From Camelus ferus (Eukaryota), in assembly GCF_009834535.1 (NCBI RefSeq), contig NC_045696.1, positions 87,236,001 through 87,300,000 on the forward strand: a DNA stretch of 64,000 nucleotides, read 5' to 3'. Positions 1 to 12,950 of the stretch are shown one piece after another. The translations under genes and the position numbers were made by a program. Position 1 is the first letter of the stretch. Every line of letters starts with the position of its first letter. The notes beneath the pieces were generated by a model. The model saw only the letters and a list, made by a program, of their open reading frames with translations, was not told the origin of the DNA and made no database searches.

Positions 1-3000
1 CCTGCCTAACTGCTCTAGGTAGGACTTACCAGTTCTATGTTAAAAAGTGGCAAAAGTGGACATCCTGTCTTGTTCCTGACGTTAGAGGAATTTATCAATT
101 TATCTTGTCTCTTTTTTTTCTTGGTGAGTCTATGAAAATTTTCTTGGTGAATTTGTTATTTTGTTTATATTCTCAAAACACTAGCTCTTAGTTTCCAAGA
201 TCTGTTCTGTTTTCTTTTTGTCTCTATTTTATTTCTGTTTGATTTTTGTTATTTTCCTCTTTTTACTAACTTTGGGCTTTATCTGTTTTTCTTTTTCTAG
301 TTCTTTGATGTGTAAAGTTAGATTAATAATTTGAGATCTTTATTGTTTCTTGGGGCAGGCAGTTAGCCCTGTAAACATTTCTCTTAGAACTGCTTCTGCT
401 TGCATCCCATAAATATTGGCATTTTGTTCTCCCAATTTCATTTGTCTTAGGTATTTTTAAATTTCTCTTTCAATTTTTTCTTGGTCCCATTGGTTGTTCA
501 GTAGCATGTTTAATCTCCACATATGTGTGAATTTTCCAGTTTTCTTTGTGTAATAATTTCTATTGTCTTACCACTGTGATCAGAAAAACATGCTTGATAT
601 AATTTCAGTCATATTAAACTTAGTAAGACTTGTTTTGTGGCCTATGATCTGTGCTGGAGAATGTGCCATATGATTTTGAGAAAAATGCGTATTATACTAC
701 TCTTGTATGGAGTGTTCTGTGTACATCTGTTAAGTTGTCTGATCTAACGTGTCCTTTAAGGCTAGTGTTTGCTTACTGATTTTCTGTTTGGATGATCCAT
801 CCACTGATGAAAGTGGGGTATTAAGATCCCCTACTACTGTGTTGCTATTTCTCCCTTTAGGTATGTTAATATTTGCTTTATATATTTAGGTGTTTCTATG
901 TTGGGTACACATACTTGCATTTCCTATATTACATTCTGTTGTTGGAATGACTGTTTTGTCATTATACAATGAGCTTTTTTGTCTCTTATTGCAGTGTATG
1001 TAGTCTATTTTGTCTGAAATACAGTTACCACAGTTTTCCTCTACATGGAATATCTATCTTTTCACTTTCAGTCTTGTATGTCCTTATATCTGAAGTGAGT
1101 CTCTTGTAGGTATCATATAAAGGGTTCATATATCATATATAGGTATGTATTTATTGCCATTTTGTCAACTGTTTTTAGCTGTTTTATAAATTTCTCTGTT
1201 TGTCTTTTCTTGCTCTTTTTTTTTTTTTCCCATGATGAATATTTTCGTAGTGGTATGCTCGGATTCCTCTTTTTTATCATTTGTGTATCTACTATAGGGT
1301 TTTGCTTTGTGGTTACCATGAGGCTGACTTAAAACAGTTTATATTTGTAATGATATATTTTAACTTGATAGCAGCTTAAGTTTAAATGCATTCTAAAGCT
1401 CTACATTTTTCCTCTTCTTCCATACATTGTTTTTGATGTCTTTTTATCTTGCGTATCCTTTAAATTATTGTAATTATTTTTACTACTTTTGTCTCTTAAC
1501 CTTTATACTAACTTTGTAAGTAATTAACCTACCACTAGTTCAACATTAAATAATTGTGAATTTTACTATCTGTTTACCTTTACAGTGTAACTTCTACTGT
1601 CATTGTTTCCTATTGCTAATTTGTGCACTTTTATTTCAGCTTAAAGAAGTCCCTTTAATAATTCTTGTAAGGCTAGTTTTGTGGTATGAACTCCTTTACC
1701 TTTGGCTTGTCTATAAAATTCTTTATCTCTCCTTCAGTTGTCAAGGACCATTTTTCAGGGTAGAGTATTCTTGGTTGATAGGTTTTTTTTTTTTTTTTTT
1801 CTTTCTTTCTTTCTTTCTTTCAGCACTTTGAACATACTTTTTCTGGCCTGCAAAATTTCTGCTAAGAAATCTTTTGGTAGTCTCATGGGTTTTACTTGTA
1901 CATAATAAGTTGTTTTTCTCTTGATGTTTTAAAGATTCTCTCCATGTCTTTAACTTTTGGCACTTTAATATGCCTTGGTGTGGGTCTCTTTGTGTTATCT
2001 CATTTGGAACTTTCTAGACTTCCTGGATCTGAATGTTTCTCTCCACATTAGGTTTCAACCATTATTTCTGCAGGTAAGTTTTCTTCCCCCTTCTCTTACT
2101 CTTGTCTCTCAGGGACCCCTGAAATGTGGATGTCAGTCCACTTGATGTTATCCTACAATTCCCTTAAGCTATCTTTACTCTTTTTTTTTTAGCTGTTCTG
2201 ATTGGGTGAGTTTCATTGCTGTCTTTGGGCTCACTGGTGTTTCTTCTATTTCATTCAGCCTGCTGTTGAACTGCACCTTTGTTTTCTTTTTTTCAGTTCG
2301 TTGTTTGTATTCTTTAGTTCTGTGGCTTCTATTTATTCTTTATTATATTTTCTTTCTATTTGTTGAAATTCTCACTTTGTTTATTCATTGTCCTGAACTC
2401 ACTGAGTATCTTTATGACCATTATTTTGAAGTCTCTCAGGTAAATCCCTTATCTTTATTTCATTAAGATCTTTTTTCTGAGATTTTACCTTGTAATTTCA
2501 TTTGAAACATCTTTCTCTGTTTCTTCATTTTCCTTGACTCTGGGTTGGTTTCTATGCATTAGATAAAACAGCTACCTCTCTTATCCTTGAAAGAATGTCC
2601 TATGTAAGAGATTACTTTATCCTTCAACCCTTTCCTACTCTTGGTAATCTCTTAAACCTGTGTGATTATCTAAGCAGCCTGCTTTATTTTTAGTGGTGGT
2701 CAGTAGTCAAGGGTGTGCCAACACTTGTTAGTGTCCCAAAGGATCTCAGTCAGCACCTAGATTCAGCCTAGACCCTTAGGTAGCAACTTTTAAAGTATGC
2801 AAATATATACAGTTCTGTCGGACCAGTAACATAAGACCTGCTGGGACTAGGGCAGGATTTTCAGGGGGTAATACCCTGGGCAGCAGCCACAAAAACTGGG
2901 GCATTGGCTATAAAAAACAGGGCACAGGATATGCATATAACTCTCCTTCAGGTGATACTGTAGCTCTGGAATGCAACAGAAGGAGAGCATGAAGATAGAA

Positions 3001-3435
3001 CCTGCCCTCCAATGTCCCTGAAGAGGATTACAGCCAGCCCATAGACACATGTTTAATTGGAAGCTTACCCCTCTGGCCACAACTATGAAGATTAGTTAAC
3101 AGGCCTCTTTCATAGACTGGGTACCTAGGGCTGTTGCCTCTCTGATATACCCTGGGGATGGTAGCCATTTAACTCTTTCTCTGTTGGGTATACTCCTGTG
3201 GGATCTGTGAACATAAGCCTTGCTGGCCACTGAGCCAGGTGATCAATAGGTGTCCCCTGGGTAGCAACCACAAAAATTTGGGTACAAGATTAGGATACAG
3301 GCTCCTTTTGGGAGGTACTGGTGACCTGGGATGAGGCAGAGGGAGAGTGCCAAAATGACTCCTGCTGGCCTGCATCTCTGGAGAGGATGTCAGGAGGCCC
3401 CTAGATATGTGTTAAATTAGATGCCTGCCCCTCAG
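1..3435 (-). mobile_element. LINE-1 5' half (ORF2 N-terminal part, ORF1, partial monomer-containing 5' UTR), degenerate; runs off the left edge
   Basis: Antisense L1 ORF2 text (catcctgtcttgttcctgacgttagagga; aagacttgttttgtggccta; gatgaaagtggggtattaag), a T-rich ORF1 region, then a GC-richer 5' UTR whose monomer also occurs at 16105-17612. Multiple stops and an internal deletion near position 90. Confidence 0.9.
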
Positions 3436-4079
3436 GCAATTTAAGTGTCTGTTGTTCAGAGTGATTTAGTGACTGTTGCTATAAACGATTTTTACCTTCT
3501 CATTCCTTTAGAACTTAGAAATCACTCAAAACATATCATCATATATATGATTCTTATCTTCCAATTTATTTAGTAAGGTGCCCAGTACACTCTAGTACAG
3601 ATGAAGGTAAATATGAATTCTAATGAACTACTTAAAATTCTGCTTTGTACTAAGAAAATAATTATTTCATAGTGATACCAGTTCATGTTTTACTGCGGTA
3701 GGTATATACCAGAATCCTTCCCTCTGTGTACTTTCCTTTTAGAAGGATATAACCTTCTTTAATGTGTGGAAAGGATACAGCCTCCCTATTTGAAGACAGT
3801 GCATCTTCTACAGTGCCTACCAGGGTGCTGTCTGTATGCTGCCGGTGCGCTGTGCAACTGGGTATTCAGTGTCTTGGCTCTCTACTTCCATCATCACTAA
3901 AGTGATTTTATGCAGGGATTTCATACTGATTGTCTGAACTGGCAGATAATCTTGACTGCTTCCCCCCTGTTTGTAATGGCGCCTCTGGGACTCCAAACAT
4001 CAGCTGCCAGTTCCTCTGGGAATCTCCATATTCTCTGCCTACTTCCCTCTGTTCTATTGAAGTTTCTTTTTAAATTTTT

Positions 4080-5600
4080 CTTTTTTATTCAGGAAGTTCT
4101 CCTTGCATTTTTAATGATTTCTGCTTTGTGCATTTAGCTGCTAAGCTATTAGATTTATATGCAGTTTATTGCTGTTTTACCTTCTTTGTTCAGTGTGCCT
4201 TCTATTATGATACAATATTCTTCTTCACTCTGCTTCATGTCTTTAACCTTAAATTACAGCATGTGCATATATTATGCTGGCAAAGCATCTTTTTTTTTTT
4301 TTTTCCAAGTACCTGCTTGATAATCCCTTTATTCTCAACCTTTCTTTATAAGTGGTTTTAAGTCTGTTTCTTATGACCTGCATTTAAACAGATGCTTTTG
4401 AACTCTCTTTTAGTAGGAGTCATAATTGTATCCACACATAGGGCAATGTTTGTATATAGTTGTCATGTTTCTCCCATCTTATTTTATGTTTACTGCTTAT
4501 TTTAAACTATCCTTTCCTATATTGTCTTGTACTTTTGCATGTTTTTAAATCAAGTTACTATTCATTTCATGTTTCCACCACATATTTGGATATCCTAACC
4601 ATAATTCTTATTCTGTTACCTTACCCAACCTTGCATTTATAATTAGATACATATTTCTCTACTATTGTTTGAAAAGGAAGCATTTCCCCATGAAAGCATG
4701 GACGCATCCTACAAAGATGAGATATAAAGAAACACTTTTACTCATCCTGTTTACCCGGCCTCCTCCACCCCTACTATGAGGCCTTTAGAAAGCCTCCATT
4801 CCTGAGCTACTTAATTTTAATTATTGACTATGATTAAAAGTTTCTTATAGTTTAGAGTTTTCCTGGTTTCAAATGTCCTTAGAGCTTGGATTCTGTTTTT
4901 GAATTATTTATTATTTGGTTTATGTATACCCTCAATCACCTCCCTCAGATGAAATTTATTACATTGTACATTATCAGTCATCTGCCTGTAAGATGATACT
5001 GTCAGTAGGTATAGGATTTGGGGGTTATGTAATTTTTTCTCAGTAGTCAGCAAATATTATACTACTGTCTTCAAGTTTCAAGGGTTATAAATGAGAAATT
5101 TGATGCTAGTCCTTTTTCCTGTGTATGTAACATTTTATTATTACCAGTATTATTAACAGTAGCATAAATTATTATATGCACTAGGAACTTGAAGATTTTA
5201 GCTTTATCTGTAAAATTAAAAATTGTCACACTATAACAAGGTATACTTCTTAATTTCATTAATTCATCTTAGAATCTGATGGGTGTATTCATATCCAGAC
5301 ACAGGTCACCAGACATAAAGCTCAGACAGATTCCCTTCCATTATTTGTTTAATCATTTCCTGTCTTGCACCTTTTCTTTCTCTTTTCTTCTCCCCTGAAA
5401 TATTCTTACATTGAGTGTCTTGTATTTCCCTTCCATGTTTTTATTTTTTATATGTTGTACTACTTCATATTTTTCCTCTGGTCTTGGCAATAGTTTTTGT
5501 TAATATTTCTAAGCCACTAGTTTGGGGTGACAGTAGTGATCATTATCTTTTCTATCATTTACTACCCATAGCCCCAAATCTTTTGTCTTGTCAATTTTTA
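4080..5600 (-). mobile_element. Ancient L1 (L1ME-like) fragment
   Basis: T-rich, highly diverged sequence with antisense ORF1-like text near 5000-5110 (tataggatttgggg...atgagaaatttgatgctagtc). Boundaries uncertain. Confidence 0.45.
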
Positions 5601-5643
5601 TAAATTAATTAATTTAATTAATAAAAATTAATGTATTTATTTA

Positions 5644-5824
5644 TGTCTAAAACGTATAAAAGCTTCCTGTTCTTGTCACTTCTTTGGGTCTTCATTCCCT
5701 TGTGAAGGCTCCCATGCACATATGAAAATGAAGTAAAATGTGTCTTTCTCCTGTTAATGTCTTGGTCAGTTTAATTTTCAGACCTAGCGAGGGACCTGAA
5801 AAGGAAAACTTTTTCCTTCCTTAC
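5644..5824 (+). mobile_element. ERV1-type LTR, 3' half (MER34/MER39-like)
   Basis: TATA-like gtataaaa, then gaaggctcccatgc, tttctcctgttaat...gtcagtttaattttcag, and a terminal ttttccttccttaca typical of this LTR group. Confidence 0.65.
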
Positions 5825-7090
5825 ACTTGTAAAACTATGGAATGTGGAATATTCCTCTTAATCTCTATCCCTTCAAGCTTTCTAGACCCAGAGGTGGTCT
5901 CACATCTTAACCTGCTTCTTCATTTCCTTATTGGTCTGCTTGCCCTGGAGAGATTGGGGTGATTTGTAATCTCAACTGGACATAATGCTCAGATTGATGC
6001 AGGTCATGTGTTTCTCAGGATCCTCTGCTTTGAGGACCTCACATCCATGCTTCTTTATGCTGGTGTCCCCAGATCACCCAGGCCATGGACGAGAAAACCA
6101 CATACCAGTTCTCTCTACCTTGACAACTGCAGAACAAATAGTGTTTTTCTTTTTTCTTTTTCTCATCTATGTGCCTTTAAACCTGAGTGGTCCTTTGGTT
6201 TAGGAAAAAGGAGATAGACCAGAATTCTTAATGATGGAAATGAAGCTGAGTTCCCACAGTCATGTTCCGAGAATCCTCTGTTCCTCCTAATGAACTCTTC
6301 CAAGTGTTCTAATCCTCCTTGCTCTGACCTCAAGTTCCTAGAAGCAGGGATCCTCTCCCATTGCTTTTTATCTAATTTGGTCTCTTTATCAAGACCTTTA
6401 GGTTTTGTTCAAAGACCCTTTGAACATTTCCTTTCAGGTTCCCTTGGTTCATCCATCCAAACACCACTCTGTGCTCTTCCCTGGTGTATCAGTTTCTTGA
6501 CTTAAATGGATAATCCAGCTACTGATTGACTGGCTCAATTATACAGGTTTCAAGGAAAACTTTTGATTGATGTGCAGATGATTTATTTTTTAATTAGAAA
6601 ATAGGATTGTATACACATGTGCACACATCAACCTTCCAATATTTTTAGAAAGGTATTTTAAATGCATATTAAATCTCCCCAAATCACCCTTAATATGCTT
6701 TAAATGTCACTCTGAAAACACAATGTGACTGTAATGTCTACATAAACTTTATAGTCCTTATAGCTGAATCCATAACACTTCTAGGATTATTCTTTTGCCG
6801 TCATTTGTAATTAATTCCCTCCTTGGGCCATTGGTGAATATTCTATGAATGTGCATTTAACTAATGCTACAAGAAACAAAATGTGTAAGTACATGCTCTG
6901 GCTTGTGAAGTACAAGCAAATCAATTGTGACCAGTTCAAATTAAATTCTTTTACTCACTGAACATAGTATTTAGATAAAAACATACCAAAGTAGTTTCTT
7001 CTGGTAGATTATTTTGGTGAGTCATGATGTGACATTTTTAATATCTCATTTTATTTCTAAGGTAAAAGATAATATACAAAATAAAACAGT

Positions 7091-7335
7091 AATAATGATA
7101 AAATAAGATTTATTAGGCACTTACTCTGTGCCAGGTAGTCACTTAGTTCTTTAGGTGCCCTGTATCCTTTAATGAACATAACTCAAATTAGCAGTGAGTT
7201 ACTGTAATTTTCTCATTTTATGGATGAGGATACTGGAGTGTAAAGAAATTAAGAAAGTTGTACAAAATCTGACAAATAGTGACTGATATAGCCTAATTTT
7301 AAACCCATGTTTGTCTAAATCCAGGTCTCACTTAA
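7091..7335 (-). mobile_element. MIR SINE
   Basis: atttattaggcacttactctgtgccagg, followed by the core motif ctcattttatggatgaggatactggag. Confidence 0.75.
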
Positions 7336-7816
7336 CAATAACAGTGTGGTATTTTAAGTTCATTCATGAATACTTATATAAAATCAGGAGACTACAAGTG
7401 AATACTTTTATTTAAATAAATATATCTGAAAATATCTGAATTATTAAATGTGATTTCATATAATTGAACACTCTAATAATTTTGAAATACTTCTAAATAA
7501 GGGTCTGGCAGCTGGCATTGAGAAAAATATAAATTACTTGTCATCCCTCCATAAATATTTCTTCTCATTTTAAAAAATTGCTCAATTGTATAAATTATGG
7601 AGTGGAACTTTCTGGAAACAACTAATTTTCTGTGAACTTCAATGATATTCAAAATAATTAACAAATTTAAACAAAAGATATGTGTGTATAGGTTTGTTAT
7701 TCAGTCCTCTTTTGTATCAAATTAATTCAATATTGAACAGTAAAATCCCCTTTACACATAGAAAGAAAAATACTGGGTTATAGCAGTAGATGTAGTATAT
7801 CAAGAATGTCCTTATT

Positions 7817-7938
7817 TTGCTTTAATTTTTACAAAATTTTTTATTGAAGTGTGGTTGATTTGCAATGTTAGTTTCAGGTGTATAGCAAAGCAATTCAGTT
7901 ATACATATATATACATATATGTATTTTCTTAACAGAGC
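7817..7938 (-). mobile_element. Very short 5'-truncated L1 3' end (cetartiodactyl type) with TSD
   Basis: ttattgaagtgtggttgatttgcaatgttagtttcaggtgtatagcaaag, flanked by gaatgtccttatt (7804-7816) and gaatgtctttatt (7939-7951). Confidence 0.85.
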
Positions 7939-10431
7939 GAATGTCTTTATTGTAAGCCTAGTAGGGCATGCTTACTTGAGACAACAAAATCAACATATTT
8001 TATTTAAATGATATTTGATTTTTCATCTATGTAAAAATATACAATGGTTATCTAAATAAATCATGTAATTTATATATTAAACTTACTTACTTAGTATCTT
8101 TTGTAATATATCATTATATGGGCAGATACATGTTTGTACTTCACAGGCCAGAGCTTGAACTTGCATATTTTGTTTCTTGCAGCATTTGTTATGTTCACAT
8201 TCTTAGAATATCCATTGACAGCCCAAGGAAGGAGTAATGGACAGAAAAAAATTTAGAAACCTTACTATGTTCTGAGTTTATCCATCTTTTAACATGGTGG
8301 AACTTTAAAAATTGGCCCACAATTGACTTGCAAACAAAGGATAGCTTTGATTAATTTTACTGTGTGTTGATATAATGGCCCAGGTCAGCACCCGCTACTT
8401 CTTCAACTTGCCTATCCCTATGCTGTTCTAGCAACTCAGCCGTGGCTGGGCCCTGGACCAGTCCTTATCAAGACAGTCGTATATGTGTGGGTGCCGAAAA
8501 AACAGTTTCATCTGGAATACGTCCTGCTGCCATTACCTTGTTGAAAGCAACTGTGTGTTTGACTAAATTGTTCAAAAAAGGAAATAGCAAAAATAATAAA
8601 GGGTCAATAATAACAGTCATTGATAGCGATCCTTTCCTATGGTTTAAACTCTAATTTGGGGTTTTAATAAAAGATAAAAAGAAATACTCATTTCAAAAAA
8701 AAATTATCCATGAGGTTGCCTACCTGAATATTTTTGTTTCCAATTTACCTTATGGAGAAATAAGACAGTTAGGACAATATGGAAACAAATAGTGGTATTT
8801 TCAAATTTGGAAGGAGATACACTTTGCATATGCATTACTGAGGTCTCAATTTATTAAGTATGGTATATTGTTCCCATTTGTCCTTTATTTAGACAAAAGT
8901 AGAGAACTCTTAATCAATAAGGATAAGATAGCACACTGTTTATTTTATTTTTTGAAGTAATTGATGTTCTTTTATTTCAAAAATGTTATATAAGGAATTT
9001 AGTTTGGTTATCTCTAGTAATGATGAGAAGAAACTGTGTGTGCGCGCGTACGTGTGTGTGTTGTTTAGGGGCAGAATTTCAATGTCACTACCTATCATGT
9101 GATTCTGTACTTGGCAGATGTGCTTAAAGATTTGGCTACATAAGCCTTCTCAAAATGCTCTAAGACAACACAGCCAGGTGGCATATGCCACTTCATATAC
9201 ACGTTGTGATGCCCTTCAACATTCAACAAGGAGAACTCATCCCCTTTATACTTCATCCTAGTGAGACATATCCAGACAAATCAATATATGTGCTAAGAAC
9301 AAAATATGAAAGGAAACAGTTGATTATATCATTCACATGGAAGCATTCCTTTGAACGTGAATAAATTCTTAATAGCTCATGGAAATAAAGCAAAGTGGTG
9401 ATTTGAGTATTTTAAAAACACATTCTAAAAAATTTCTCTTAAAGTAGTAAAAAAAATTATTTAAAAAATTTTCAAGTACTCTTGTAAAATTATGTAATTA
9501 TATGAAGAAAAGGAAATTACTTCTATCAATTAGCAAAACAAAAAGGAATCATTACTTAGGTTGTACATATTTCTATCAACATTTGAAAAATATAGATGAA
9601 TTTGTGATCTCTTTCAGGGATCTGATCAGGGTTTCTAAGTTCACTGGAAAGCACCATAAAGAGACCGAAAGTGACCATGAAGATTATAATCCTATAGATG
9701 CTCCTGCTAACTTTCTGTAAAGTTAAACAGTATCTAAGGATATATGAGTGTATTCTGCAGCCAGAATTTTCAAAATATGACATCTATCATATTATGTATC
9801 CATGACCTAGAATTTAGAAAAGTACTTAGTATTCATCACATTTTACCTATGAGATCAAACGAAACTTTGAAAAGTGAAAGATGATATGTAATTCTACTTA
9901 AAATATTAAAGTAAAGCACTAAGAAGTAATCAACATAAACTTTTAAATTCATATATACACAGAATCCTTTTTTAGAAAAAACTAACTTCATATGATACTT
10001 TCTAATCTTTACTCTGCCACAAAAATATAAAGTACACCAAAGACTATTCAGTTGTACTTCACATCCTTAGAAAGTCTACCTTTTCATTAAAAAGAAATTC
10101 ATATTCTCCAGCATTCAACATCTATTACATGCTTCTCAATAAATTTTAGACAACCTTCTGGCAGCTGCTTATCTACTGATAAAAATTAATTAAAACTAAA
10201 ACCTTAGTAGTAGGGGTGAAGCTTTATTTTACATTGTGGGGTTTTTTGGACATTTGATTTGTTTTCTAGAAATTATACTCTCCAAAAGAAGTACAACTCT
10301 TTATTTGAAATGTCTCAAAAATCTTCATTAAAATAAATTTTTTTCCTGCTGACATTCCTTTACTTGAGACACCAACTTCTCTATGTCTTTGAAAATTATA
10401 AGATGCACCAGAACACATGCACACATGTATC

Positions 10432-10775
10432 ATTTAGGCATGAGTCTACCTACAAGTCACAGAAAACACAAATAGCAGTGACTCACAAATTATTTGTTTT
10501 ACACCTGACAAGAGGTCCTGAGTAAGTGACTGCTAGAATAATCTTGTGATGCTAGGCTCAGTGTATTTTTGTTGTTGTTGTTACTGTTTGTTTAAATAAA
10601 CTTGCTTGTTCTCTTAGGATTGTAAAATTGTTGTACAATCCTAGACATAGTGTTTTCTTTCAAAGTAGAAAGAAAGGACAGGGGGATAAACAAGGTCAGT
10701 GTATCTCTATTTATTGGCCAAGGCTGTGTCACAGAGCTAGCAGCAAGGACTAAGTGAGTATTTGACTTTCATAGC
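10432..10775 (-). mobile_element. Old MaLR/ERVL LTR (MLT1J/K-like), diverged
   Basis: caagtcacagaaaacacaaatagcagtgactca ... tattggccaaggctgtgtcaca resembles antisense old MLT1 LTRs. Confidence 0.45.
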
Positions 10776-10912
10776 ATACACAGGCATGTAAAAAAGAAAG
10801 TTGACATTAGGTATAAGAATAAGACAAACTGCGATGACTTCCAGAATATTCTTTGCAAACTTTTATAAATATTTTAGAAAATATAGATTAACAAATAGAA
10901 ATCCTCCTTTGT

Positions 10913-11382
10913 TCTTATGGGTTGAATTGGATTCCCCCAAAAATATATATTAAAAGTCCTACCTCCCAGTACCTCAGAATGTGACCTTATTTGGAAGTAG
11001 GGTCGTTGCAGATGTAATTAGTTAAGATGAGGTCATCCTGGAGTGGTATCGGCTCTAGTCCAAGTATGGCAGGTGTCCTTATAAGGAGAGGAGAGAAACA
11101 CAAAGAAGACAGCCGTGTGAATACACAGAGATACAGAGACACACAGAAGGATGGAAGCAAAGATCAGACTTACGTGACCACAAACCAAGGAATGTCTGGG
11201 GCTACCAGAAGCTGTAAAAGGCAAGAAAGGGTTCTCCTCTGGAATCTATGGAGGGAGGATGGCCCTGCTAACACCTTGATTTTGGTCTTCTCGTCTCCAG
11301 AAATGTGGGAGAGTGCATTTCTGTTGTTTTAAGCTACCTAGTTTGTGGTATTTTGTTAGTGCAGCCCTAGGAAATTAATACA
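10913..11382 (+). mobile_element. MaLR solo LTR (MLT1B/MLT1C-like)
   Basis: Begins tatgggttgaattg...cccagtacctcagaatgtgaccttatttggaa...gatgtaattagttaagatgaggtcat and ends gcagccctaggaaattaataca. Confidence 0.92.
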
Positions 11383-11559
11383 ACCAGTACCCAATGTCAC
11401 TCTTATTTTACAAAATAATTTCTGTTAAAATTTAGGGAATGTTTTTCCATAAATTATCCTCTTTGTATGTCACATATGTATTCATAAACATACATATATA
11501 GTTAGGTGTTAGTTGCCATTTGTGCACTGCCTTGTATCTCTTGCCATCAGTGTAACACC

Positions 11560-12950
11560 CACAGCCAGAGCCAGGGCTGCAGCTCATACTTCTTGGTGGT
11601 CCTTGACCCACTTCATGCTGAAAACATCTCTGAAGGACAGTCATCTGATTTTTCACTTTTAGTCCCTAGGGCTTCTCTAAGGCTGCTCTAAGAGATGCCA
11701 GGGGGATCCTACCATGGAAGTGCTACTGTAATCAGGGTTCCAAGATGGGCTACCCAGATTCCCAGGAGCTCTAGTTAGGTTTCCTATTTGGGTCAGGCTG
11801 GAGTCTGTATTCAGCTTTTGGCAGGGCTATAAATTAGCTTTCCTGCCTTGCTGGGGCTGCAGAACAGGTCCCAGGGCCAGCAAGGCTATTTGTTCTGGGT
11901 ATCAAATCTGGTAGACCTGCTTGCTAAGCTCCACAGAGAGACGGGGGCCACTGTTTTGCCTCTGCAGACACAGAATCACTTACTGGGTTCTCTGCTCAAG
12001 TGACATTGTGCTGGGGCTGCGGGATGGGCTACCGAGACTCCCAGGAGCTCAGGTTAGTTTTCCTGGTTAGCATGTGTGGAGATTACATTCGGCAGTGGGC
12101 AGGACTATGGGTTAGTTTCCCTGCTTAGGGTGGGGATGTGTAGAACAAGTCCCCAGGATGACAAGAGTCTTGTTGGGGAGCCAGTCAGAGCTGTCCACCA
12201 AACTCTGGCCAGACAGAGCCACCAGCTTGTCTCTACAGAAGGGCAGAGCTACTGGCAGACCTTCTGCTGAAGTGCTGCCGGATCAAGCTATTTTCCAGAT
12301 GCTCAGGCCAGGCTTCCTGGTGGAGCAGGACCAGGAGCTACACCGTCAGGTGTTATGGCCATGCTTCCTAGTCGAGTGGGACAAGGAACTATACTCTGCA
12401 GTAGAAGACTCAGCTCACCTGCCTAGGGGTTCAGGGTAGACCATACTCCAGTGCTGGGAAGGCTCTTTAATTGAGGCTTTAAAACAGGAAGACCTGCATC
12501 CTGCTGAGTTCCCTGGTTAGACTTTCCACAGTCTTGGCTCTGTAGATAAGCAAAGCTGCAAATACTTTCCACTTCTCTTTCATAATCCGATTCCCAGTGG
12601 TCCAGCTCCGTGATCTCTGTGAGATGCAGTGGGGACTCCCAAGAAGCAACTGACAATGCTGGGGGAGGTCAACATCCACCCTGGGCTCTCTTCTCCCACT
12701 AGAGGAAGTGTAGGCTCAGGATGTGGTGCTGCCCCGGCCTGGAGGAGGGGCAAAGCAGTCAGCATGCAGCTGTTCCTCTTTACCTTCTAACGGGGACTGT
12801 CTCCATCTCTTTGGTACAGGGGAGCACTTCAGTCTTGGCCTCGTGTAACAGGATTTTTCTCAGTGGTGTCTTGTTCATGATAAATTGTTAGTAGTTCTCG
12901 TAATAAGGGATGAAATCAGTAATGCTCTTTATTGCCATCTCGGTATCATC
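11560..12950 (-). mobile_element. Isolated old L1 5' UTR (L1M2/L1M3-like) with two ~279-bp internal repeats
   Basis: GC-rich block ending in attgccatctcg, the antisense of the caagatggc-type L1 start. Repeat units start at 11744 and 12023 (gatgggctacc.aga.tcccaggagctc). Confidence 0.7.
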
